Below are positions 24,562 through 35,900 of a stretch of DNA of 48,351 nt, piece after piece; position 1 is the first letter of the stretch; each line of letters starts with the position of its first letter. Both the position numbers and the translations under genes were made by a program. Source of the DNA: Halocafeteria seosinensis. Lineage: Eukaryota. The stretch is from the NCBI GenBank assembly GCA_001687465.1, contig LVLI01000352.1:1-48351 (forward strand). The letters are read 5' to 3'. The notes beneath the pieces were generated by a model, which did not search any database, was not told where the DNA came from, and saw only the letters and a program-made list of their open reading frames with translations.

Positions 24562-25930
24562 AGAGGGGTAGCATCACACTCACACGCATGTTGTTCTATT
24601 TTGTGCTGCTTGTGTTATGTGCAGAGCAAAAACTTACAGATCAAAAAGACGGATACCCCCAAGGTGCGTTGGCTACTCAGGACCCCAAGACTAGACTGAA
24701 CTTGATGTGTGGATGGATGCAGGAGAAGCTGCCTTATGACCAACTCATGTTTGGCAAGACATTCACCGACCATATGCTCGAAGTCGACTGGAACGATAAG
24801 ACCGGCTGGGATGCTCCCGTGATCTCCCCGTATCATCTGCTTCAAATCGATCCAGCAGCCAGCTCACTGCACTATGCTCTCCAAGTGTTCGAAGGGATGA
24901 AGGCATACATCGACCCCAACGACAAAATCAGGCTGTTCCGACCCGAATTAAATATGAAGCGGATGAATGACTCGATGATCCGACTGCAAATGCCTGTATG
25001 TGCTCGCTCTTTCGTTTTTGGTGGACTTACTTGGCATGAAGGGCATTACTTGCTTACAGGCGTTTGATTCTCAAGAATACATCAAGTGTCTTTGCGAACT
25101 GTTGAAACTTGATAAAGAGTGGATACCTCGTAAAGCAGGGTACTCTCTTTATATCCGGCCAACTGCGATTTCGACCCATGTAAGTGCTTGCTTGATTGTG
25201 TGACACTCACAGTGCTCCTGTAATCAATGAATTTTTTCTCCGAAGACAGCCATTTTTGGGGGTAGGGCCGTCGAGTATGGTCAAGAACTATACCATCCTA
25301 TCGCCTGTTGGGCCTTACTACCCTGAAGGCTTTGCACCGGTGAAACTGTTTGCGGATCCGTACCATGTTCGTGCTTGGCCTGGAGGCTCTGGTGGTTCGA
25401 AGATAGGCGCCAACTACGGTCCGACGATTCGCCCCGCAGTGAACGCGGCCGAGCGTGGCCACACTCAAGTTCTGTGGCTATTTCGTCACTCGGATGATCC
25501 TCTGGAGGCGGAAGTCACGGAAGTGGGTACCATGAATCTCTTTGTGCTGTGGAAAAACGAACAAGGAGAACGAGAATTGGTAACAGCTCCCTTGGACGGT
25601 ACCATTTTACCAGGCGTGACTCGTCAGAGTGTTATTGAACTCGCACAACAATGGGGAGAATGCAAAGTGTCAGAGAGGAAATACACCATTGGCGAGTTGA
25701 CCAAGGCTCTCGATGAAGGCAGAGTGGAAGAGGCCTTTGGGTCTGGCACCGCTGCTGTCGTTAGTCCGGTGGAGCAAATTGAATTTATGGAGAAGCTTTA
25801 CAAAGTTCCCTTGGGTTCAGATGATGAGAAAGACAAAGGGGCGGGACCCTTTGCCCGAAAGATTTGGGACGAGCTGACAAACATCCAATATGGATTCAAA
25901 GAACATGAATGGAGTGTTGTCGTCGACTGA
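24315..25930 (+). CDS. BCAT: Branched-chain amino acid aminotransferase, mitochondrial precursor (~418 aa, 5 exons)
   Basis: Exons 24315-24458, 24625-24663, 24723-24995, 25060-25179, 25250-25930. Presequence-like N-terminus MMIKNLASSVSSLARANQRSCISLALRTISTS. Motifs FGKTFTDHM, LHYALQVFEGMKAY, SLYIRPT, PLP-lysine GGSKIGANYG, EVGTMNLF, ILPGVTRQS, EAFGSGTAAVVSPV. Confidence 0.97.
24528..24559. repeat. (AAGC)8 tetranucleotide microsatellite inside BCAT intron 1
   Basis: Read directly. It is preceded by (CAGA)3 and contributes to this intron (166 nt) being the longest one placed. Confidence 0.9.
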
Positions 25931-25998
25931 TTAACATTATTCAGTTCCGCGTGGTCGGAGTCAATTCCAATACACTATACTCCTCGGCATTTGCTAAA

Positions 25999-28900
25999 TC
26001 AACGGGTAAGAATCCCTTTGTACCTTCCACGCATCCCTCCCATTATATTTATGGCCTCTGCACCACCGACGCTGTAATCGATACCACCCCTACCCAAAAA
26101 AATGTACAGTTCTTCAGTGCCATCTCGAATGGATATAACGGCTCCAGTCTTGCGATTTACCTCCAAATAGTGACGTGGGAGAGACGATAGGTCCAGAGGT
26201 TGGCGATCACTTCCGGGAGAATCTTCCAGTGAGGCTTCATGCTCGTACTGGAGGATATGACGAGGTACGGGGTGACAACTGCATAGATTATGAGCTTCGA
26301 TCCATGACGTTAAAACTGACGGAGACAATTGACGGAAAAAAGCATCAGCCGCAAACCCTCCTTCCTGCATTTTGAGGACAAGGTGTTAGATTGATAACGT
26401 CGGGCGTGGTCACACGGTTGTACGTACAGTCGCCGCATCAGTCGAAACGGGAGGGCCTAAGCCGGACAAGATTGTGGAGCCAAAACCCTCCATACGATGA
26501 CCCATTGAGCTGGCCTCCGGCGGAGAGTTTGAAATTACGTGCCGAAAGGCAAATACAGGCCTTGGTAGTCTGCATAAAACACTATAAGCAATTACGAGAG
26601 TAAACGCATATGCAAGAAAAGGAGCGACATACCTTTGTTTATCCGCCAAAGCCAGATGGCCAGCTTTGTTCACTTTGCAGGCGTAGTAGTAGACATTCGA
26701 AAGTAGATTGAGACACAAATCCTCCAAGCCAGTCCATGGGTTGGTTTTGTCCGCTAGCACGCGTAGATTGACATAAATGACCATGGTAAACCGACCGTGT
26801 TGGTACCATAAAAGCCTGTGAGAAGGCTTCATGGAGTCAGCATTGTTGCCGAATAAGGGAGGTGCAAACAAGTTATCCTGATTTTCCAGACCACCTGCTT
26901 GGTAAAGTCGCTGGCATGTCCCTGATGGGGCACTACAAGAAGTGTACAGTGACGTTTCCTTGAAAGATCGTGCTTCTCCAATTTGTTCCTGAGGGACCCC
27001 GGGAACTGCATTTTTAATGAAGTGTAAGTATTCCTCCGATACTGGGGGAAGGCCAATGGGGGAAAAGACCTGATCCGAAAATGTGTGGAAACCAGTTTCC
27101 TTTTGGGAGCGGTAAAATCCTTCAGTGAGAGGAGCCGGACATCCAGCGGCTGGCTTACGCGCCTCGAACATTGCCTTTTTAAAGCTTTGAAAAGGAGCAA
27201 AACTGGCAACGTCGCGTTCTCTAAGAGAAGGAATACTGGCATGCAACGTGTCTGTTGTACGGGGGAAGCCATTGTGGCTAGTTTGATCGTTGAGCCCCAA
27301 CGATGCTCTCGGAGAAGATACAAAGACGTCTGCGCTATTTCTAAGATGTTCAGTAGCCGTCAAGTCACTCCACCATATGCCACACCGGAGTAGGGAGTTA
27401 AGACTTCGTATCCTGTCTAGTGGATCGGCTGCTCCTTTCTTTCTCGTATTGGATTTATCGTTCGTAGACCAGTGACGGATCACTGAAGGATCGGAAAGGC
27501 ACAAAAGTGTCGCTACGGCCTCACGTTTTGCCGATTCAGAATGTGAAAAGAAATACGCGATCTGGAAAGCAGTCATGCACGTAGCTGTGTCATCGTGGGA
27601 CGGACGACACTTCGAGATATATTCGTCAAGCTCTCCTCGCGTTGTGCGAGAGATACTTCCGAATTTAAGGAAGTTTCGTTTCGTCGGCTGATACCTTCTG
27701 GAATATAAATGGGCGCTATAGAGCCGCAAGAATTTGTATAGTGTGTTCAATCCTGGAGCTGCGTCCTGAAAAAGGGCATAGCCATCGAATAGTGTGCTGA
27801 TGTTCGACACAACAGGGAAGTGTTTCTTAATAGAAACCTTGAGGGATTCGAGTTCCTTTAAGGACGTTAAATTTAAACGACCCACGGGGATGCTGTCTAT
27901 TTCGTCCATCGGTGTCAATCGAGAGATGTCAGTGTAAAAGAGCAAGAAGTCGTACATTTCCGCCAGTATGCGCTTCACCGGGATCAAAGGCGATAAAGCT
28001 TCTAGAGTTAACACGTACCGACAGCATTCTGTCGCTTGCTTCACGGACTCCTGGAGATCCACTGAGAGTTGTTCGGCTCTCGATGAACCAGTTGCATTGA
28101 GATGTTCCTGTTCGTTCATAGACTGCAAAGCATAAAACGTCCTATCCGCGTCGTCCAAAAGTTTCCTTGTACGCTTTCGCCAGGAGAAGAGAGAATTTAC
28201 AATGTCCACAGAATTCGGATGAGACAGCACTCGGCGCAGGCTTCCGTAGAAAAGGGTGAAAATTGCGTGCCAATCATCAATCTTGGCTTCAATTACTTTG
28301 GCTGAAGGGTGTTGTTCCCAAATAACCGAGTCTGCCGAACTAGAGCCGTCTTCGGAGAGTGACGTGTTTTGCACTTCATCAAAACCACTCCAACTACGAT
28401 ACACGGTTGGATCAGTAGCAGTATTCAATGCACTGGGAGTCTCTGAGGCGCCATGACCGTGGGAGTTGCTGGAAGGCGGTGCCGATAACTGCGACACGGT
28501 AATGAACTGCAAATGAAAGGATTAGAAATAGAAATGATGACAAACGTGAATTAGTTGCACTAGTTTTGAGGATTCCTACTCACCATAGCAGCCCAAATAT
28601 CCGGTTCTAATTCACGCATCACAACTCGACGCTTTTCTAGTGCGACGTGATGCCTTCGTGCAGGTTCGGGTGAAAAGACCTTGTTTATATCGATAATGCT
28701 CTTGCAATACGACAATAATTTTGTTTGCATAGACGGGCTGATATCCGGTGGAAAAAAGTAGAGAATTTCTTGCATGATCTCATCCGTCTCAGCATCTTCG
28801 TCCCGGGATTCTGTAAAATTTTGGCAAAGTGCCACGCCACAAACGAGCTATAGTCGTCAACGGGACAATAGAGGAAAGTAACGAGATCCACCTACCGAGT

Positions 28901-29349
28901 CGTGTATCAAAGATAAAAAATGTGAACATGGATCCTAATGAGTTGATTTTGACATCTGAATGGCTCGCGCTGGCAGTAGTTGTCCCTCCATCCGACGCCA
29001 CACTCGTGCTGCTTCGCGTCCGCTGGGAGTACGTTCGGGGCAGATCCCTATGCTCGTAGAATGACCCTCTGGTAACACTAGATGATGAGGGCGAAAGTGG
29101 ACTACCGCTCGCACTGAATGGGGACGCATTTTTCACTCTCCGGCTGGTCGTTTGGTTGTGTGGAGAGATCCATGACGACGAGGCGAGGGAGGAGGATGCC
29201 CCTCCGGCGGCGGATAAGGGGCTCTGGCTGCCCTCGTGCTGCTGGATACTTCCAGCCAGGGAAGTCGAACCGCGAGGGGAGCCATTACGCTCGTTATTCT
29301 CTCCATCTCCCCTATAGTTCAACGACGCCAGGTAGTATTGACGATGCAT
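25999..29349 (-). CDS. CCZ1: CCZ1/INTU-type longin-domain protein (vacuolar fusion protein CCZ1-like), ~1020 aa, 5 exons
   Basis: Exons 29349-28896, 28810-28584, 28506-26633, 26569-26428, 26364-25999. First longin: FFIFDTRL...EILYFFPPDI...CKSIIDINKVFSP...LEKRRVVMRELEPDIWAAM. C-terminal ...GAVISIRDGTEELYIFL resembles the CCZ1 third longin. An HPS4/INTU paralog is not excluded. Confidence 0.75.
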
Positions 29350-29902
29350 TTCAAGTCACCCGCTAGGCGACATAGTCACAAGGCCTTCTCCGGCACTGCT
29401 CTATTCTATCCACCTGGTAGATTGCTTTCAGTCGTTAATCTTATCTACACTTCCAGTGAATCACTACAGATTGTATCACGTTGAAGTTGAGGTTGAAGCA
29501 TTTCTCCGGGCTAAACGCCCGGGCCCCGAAAGAACGTCCGGTCCGTCCGTCAGTCAGTCAGTCTCTCTCTCCGGACGCTTCTGTAGGTGTATGTGGCTGT
29601 TGTTGAAGTGTTGACCCTCTCCTTGCTGGCAAAACTACAGTCTCTACACGTACACGCACGTATGTAGATGTATGTAGGTGCAAGCATGTATGTATGCGTA
29701 AGAAAAACAATTCGTTAGGTACCAGCTGCTGGGGTAGGAAGGTAGGGAGATACTTTGATAGTAGGGACATTTTTGTGTATGGGCGTGACGGCAACATCTA
29801 GACCCTCGCATGGCTGCTGCTTGCTTGCGGATGCCTGAGAAGTAATACCCTAACTACCTCCCCGCTAGGCTAGAGCAAGGAAGGAAGGGCAGCCGATGCC
29901 AA

Positions 29903-32900
29903 ATGGAGGACAGCAACCACCACGACAGTAGTGGCCGTTCACGGCATACACAGGGCTATACGTCAATACAAGATGGTGCGCATAGCACACAGACGAGAGG
30001 GAGGAGAACCAGCCGAGGGACTCCACCGCCCCCACCTCCGCGCGTTGGACTTGGACGAGGACACGGACTCTCGGGCTCATTTCTTACACGAGATGCCTCT
30101 CCCAGCCGAAGACCCACAGTAAACACTGACGCAGAAGAGAGGGAAGGTGAAAGCCAAGGGCGACAACGGGAAGAGGACGAAAACCCTCCTTCTCAGAGCA
30201 CAACTCCGAGCCACTCATCTGCCTCCCCGTTAGTTAAATCGCAACAGTATGGCGGCACCAGCTCGTCCATCCGGAAAGGAAGTAATGTATTGAACAATGG
30301 GAGTGTACCGTCGTCTGACCAATCTCAAGAGGACTGTTGTGGGATCGTGATTGAAGATGACAGCGGGTATGAAACCGACCCAGGGGGAAGTACACCGACG
30401 AGGAGAGGACGGCAGGTGGGTCCTGCAGAATCTAAGAAAACCTTCCATGATGATGATGAATACGAAGATGAGGATGAAGGAGCCGAAGATGAAGACGAAG
30501 TGCCGACAGAGTTGCCCAATTTTAATGAGTCCAAGAAGTATGCTCATCGAAGGACACCGCAGATGTCGTCTCATCAGGAGATTATCAGTCGCAGGCCTTC
30601 TGAAAGGTTGCTTGCCCTGTGGGACGTGTATCTGCACCCCTGCCATGGACTCCCCCGAAAGTGCTCCCTTGAATTCTACAGGGTGAAGCGCTGGCGCAGT
30701 CAACGACGACATTCTTTCAAAAAGAGTGCAGCAGTCAATCCTGAAAGAGCCATAGCAAAAACCCGGTCCAATTCATCGCAGGGTAGCTCGTCCATCAACG
30801 ATATCAATTCAACGAATAAGCCTGAGGTGCAGAGGTCGTTAGGAGTGATATGCAGGTTGAAGATGGGCCGCGAAACGGTGGCGCAATTCGATTTAAGAAG
30901 TATTAGTCAGGTACGTATCTTCCTTTTAGACGTGGGTTCTTCCAATAGCACTGTACTGATACTCTGTGAGCAACGTTATTTCCTCCCTCCAGATAGTTCA
31001 CGGGCGATGTGGACAGAACTTTGCCCGAACACAGAAATTTTCCTCTGGCAATCCAGCCTTGCTAAACCGAACATGTTGCATCTTCATCGTAGATCACTCC
31101 GTCGTGGTAAAGGCTGATACCGTCCTCCCCACAGATTCGATCTCCTCATTCGTTCCTGAATCATGGGTCACAGATGAGAGTGAGATTTCTATTCAGTTCC
31201 TTAATACTAACAGCCGGACAAGTTGCATATCATTGATATTAGCGTCAGCGAGGGAGGTGCAGTTGGACAAGGGAAACGTAGCGGTTAAAGGGGACATTGT
31301 TGAAGCAGGGTCACACCGCGTCAATATGACCTATGGTGAACGATTTCGACGCCTTTGCTTGAGGTGGAAAACACAACTTTATTCATCTGTAGAGTTAGCC
31401 TCGGACTATATGTTGGCACTGTCGCCTGCGTCAATGGAGACCCTTGAACAAGATCTACCCGAGAGGCAAGGTGGAAGCTCGCTCGATGATACTGTTTCTC
31501 TACCGGTCAATGCCGAGTCGCCGTGGCCACATAAAATAGGCGGGAAAGGGAAGATCGGATGGTTTGCAAGGCTAATAGACCATTCCTTGTTTCGAAACTT
31601 CATTCTGCTTGTTATAATTGTCAACGCCATCACTATAGCGCTTTCTCAGGAGACCAGGAACGACAATGGAGGGGTACTTTCTGTTGATCTCATTCTTACT
31701 CTGGAGATCATGTTTAGCACTATTTACACGCTGGAGATGATAGTAAAAATGATAGCATTGGAAGGGGTCAAGGGTTATGTACTCGATGGTTGGAATGTTC
31801 TCGATGGACTCGTCGTACTGGCTGGATGGGCAGCACTGGCTGTTGTTGCTCTGCCAGAGTCGGTTGTCTCTCTACGAGTATTGCGTGTGTTGCGTGTACT
31901 GCGCAGCGTCAGGTTCTTCAGTGGGGCCCGGCAGTTTATAGATACGGCCTTCTCGACCTTACCCCCTGCTTTGAAGACAGTATTGATATACCTTGTCTTC
32001 GTCCTTATTTTTGCTAGCGTTGGAGTGGATCTGTTTGGGGAGACATTGAGCATGCAGTGCGTAGTCCCTGAGCCGACTCCAGATGTGCCGTACTCCGATA
32101 CGAATTCTCTATCGTCAGGATATGCCCCCGATGGTTACGGGGTGTTCGCGGCTTCCTGTCGGAATGACACTTTTTGTGATGCGGAAGAGTCGACTAGAAT
32201 AAGATTCCGACCGATTTTAGATCCACGATTCTGTTCATCCATAGAGCCGTTTCCGATGCCACCAGTTAACGGATCGACTGTAAGGGAATCGCTTCCGGTC
32301 AATTCTGGATATGGCGCAACCCCTTCTTGGTACGTGGTTCCTCAACACGCCATGGAGTATTTCACCGATAAAACAAATTCAGTCTTTTGGAATCCTGAAT
32401 CTGTTGAATCATGTCCGTCTGCCTCGTACTGCCAGCGTACCCAGGCTCCGTTTGGTGGCTATCAGGGCTTTGGGACTTTATATGCCGCATTTTTGACTGT
32501 CTTCCGTTTGAGTCTTCGATCCCCAAACACTTCGGTATTCCTAACTGGCTTGGTCCATAGTACGGGCTGGCCAACAGTCCTCTATGTGATCGGGGTGGTC
32601 GTTTTCATCGCTTTCCTTATGATGTCTTTGTTCATTGCCATTGTGAGGCAGTCATATTTGGAAGTTAAGAAAGACTTCATCGCGTCTCAGTTTCGATCGG
32701 GGGCAAGGAGGCTCGTTATTTCATGGACTCATTTGTTGTCCCACCAACAGCGGAAGCATTGGAGTTGGCAATTATCCCCGTCCTCGTACTTGTCGCGGTT
32801 GCTGTTAACGCTCCGGGAAACGCGACATCGTATTCTCTTCTTTCTACCACCGGAAAGCCCATTCGTGCATAAAATTTCCCACCTGATTTGGTCACCATAC

Positions 32901-35900
32901 TTTGAATACGTTGTATGCTTCGTCATTTTCTTGAACACGGGGTTTGCCTGTTCGAGGTATGCTGGCATGTCGGCTTCATGGGCGTTTGTGGTTGCATGGT
33001 CTGAAGTGTTTTTCACAGTGTTCTTCTTTGTCGAAATGATGATGAAGGTGATTGGTCTATGGGGACTTATGAATTATCTGAAAGGTGTTCAACCCTCGAC
33101 TTTTTTTCTATCTATTTCTCGTTTTTCCCGTGGAGCGGAGGATTTAACCGATGCTCACGGAAACACCGGAATTGGGGATGGTGCGGTAGTATGGGAACCC
33201 ATTCTGAAGCGTACACGTGACCCTATGCTACATGGCACCTGGTCGGGCGACTTGTGCACGACAGAACATCACACATGCGATGGCCACCAATGCGGACTCA
33301 TGTGTCGGTCCAGATGGGATCATCCCAACTTTAGCGGGTTGACATTATCAAAGGCTCTGACGGTTTCCAGTGAAGAGGAGTTGAATCATGTTCTTCCGAA
33401 CAAAAGCGGACCAGGGTCGACCTTCTCTTCAAAGTGGCATCTGCTTGAAGGGTTCATTGTTGTAGTGTCGGTGATAATACTATTTGTTGACGTTGCATCC
33501 GATAACTGGCCAGGGCATCCTAGAAATTTGGACAAAAATGATGTTATTGCCGGCGGAGCCTTTCAGCCCACCTTCCTACGTGTTTTCCGAGTTTTGCGTT
33601 TGCTTAGATTATTGACCGTGTTTAAGTTTTCCTCTACGATGACGAACATTTGGAAGGCAATGGAGACTGCGTCGAGAGAGTTGGTTGATCTGTTCATTGT
33701 CTTGGCTCTGTTCATCGCCGTGTATGCCTTAATTGGTATGCAGCTCCTGGGAAGGGGAACTGATGTCAGCGAAGCTGCTGATCCTCTTATGAATTTCGAC
33801 TCATTCGGCAAAGCGATGCTGGCTCTATTCCGATTGATTACTCGTGGTAGTGCTTGGGACAGTATTTTCATAGCGCTGGAAGCTCAGGACACGAACGGCA
33901 AACTTCAACTCACGAATTTCGAGGAGGATCAGCCGGATGGACCCGGAACGCTTGTGCGATTTTTTACGATACTGTACTATTTCTCTTATATATTCATGAC
34001 GCTTTTCATTACCATAAATATTTTAGTTGTGATTATATTCAGCAAGTTTGCATTGGAAGGAGTTGAGAAGCATTCACGACGACTAGAGTACGCCGCATCA
34101 GAGTTCAGTCGATACATGCAGGGATTTAAGAAGCGTATGTTGCGAGAAAATAAGCGGATTGATTTCCTACATTCGGATATGGACCCGGAAAAGGAAGCAT
34201 TTGATATAGCGATGTCGGGTTCCTCTAGAAGAAACATTAGTTATGGGTCTTCCACGAATGGCGATATGCAGCCGATTATGCGCCCCATTTACGCGTCCGA
34301 CTCAGATGATGAAGTAGAGGAAGCACACAGAGAAAGTTCTAAACAGAGGGAGCCAAATGTTAGCTATCATCGGACAATATCGCATAAAAGTCTTCGTCGT
34401 CACCGGTCGCTCACGAAGCTGGCGTTTATGATTCAATATCGTCTCCACAATGGCATGTGGAGGAACAGAGGCTTATCGTCCCCTACACTGTCCAATACAC
34501 CTTCATGTGCTGGGTCTGAAAGGGAATCAAATAGTGGCTTATTTCTCGAAAATTCCAAGCGTACCGACTGGCCAGGAGTTTCTAGAGAAAGCTTCGTCTT
34601 GGATTCAAGTAGAAATGTCTGTGTATGGGCGCAAATAAGGCCAGTTGGGCAGGTTCTACAAGTCACCCCTCGACTGCTTTCGGCTTCGTTGAGGCGTGTT
34701 GATCATACATTGAGAAGTCGAGATGAAGCCCAAAAGCGTTTGGTTCCTAACAAACCTAAACTATCTCAACGCTTTTCGAAAGAGCCTTCATGGAGAGTTG
34801 ATCGTGGATATGCCTGCTTCTGTATAGGGAGGCCCGAAGACTCGGGTCTCCGGCGGGCATGCCTTCATATTGTGTATAGTAGCTGGTTTGAAAAAGTGGT
34901 AGTGGTGATGATACTGGTTTCATCTATACTTCTAGCGGCTGACGATCCTCGAAACCCAACATCTGACACCGCACGGGCGCTAGATCGGGTAGAGTTTGCG
35001 GTCACGATTTTTTTCATTGTGGAAGCGGTGGTTCGCTCTGTGGCTCATGGATTCGTTATTGGAGAAAGGTCATATTTAAAAGATCCTTGGAACCGTTTAG
35101 ATTTCTTCGTCGTCGTTGTATCTTCAATAGGGGTAGTTTCGGACCTAGTTATTACGGGAAGCCCATTCGGGCACATCGAAGATGAATCGTCTGATGGCTC
35201 CACGCTGTTAACAGTTTCACGGCTCTTGCGAATTGCTCGAATCTTGAGACCTCTACGGATGATATCAAGGAATGAAGGTCTCCGTGTAGTTACCAGCACG
35301 GTTTTCTTTGGCCTCCCTGGTGTATTGTTTACGTTGGCTCTCATGGTAGTTGTGTTCATCGTGTTTGCAATTGCGGGTATAACGTTATTCGGCGGGCAGC
35401 TACAGGCTTGCAATGATATTACTGTTACGTATCGTTCGCAGTGCGAGGGGGTTTTTGAGAACCCTGCGACAGGTCTGTTGACGCCTCGGGTATGGTCGAA
35501 TCCTCCGTTTCATTTTGATCATGTTGGAGAAGCGCTGACGACACTCTTTGAAGTATCCACCCTGCGTAACTGGCCAATGGTGCTAAACGCAATAACGGGA
35601 ATCCAGGGAATCGATCGACAACCTCGTCCTGGATCGAAACCCTGGAACTCTATTTACTTGGTGCTTTTTATCTTTATAGCCAGCTTGTTTCTGACGAACG
35701 TCTTCATTGGCGTAATTGTCGGCGCTTTCCGTCAACGTCGAGGTACAGGATTGTTGACCTCCATGCAAAAACGGTTTCAGAGTTTTTCCTTATACTTACG
35801 CAGTGTGCACGTTCCTTTAGCTCCTCCGAAAAATCCTCTTCGTAAACGTGTTTACGACGTGCTCATGTACCAACACGGTCACTCGTTACAACGGAAACAA

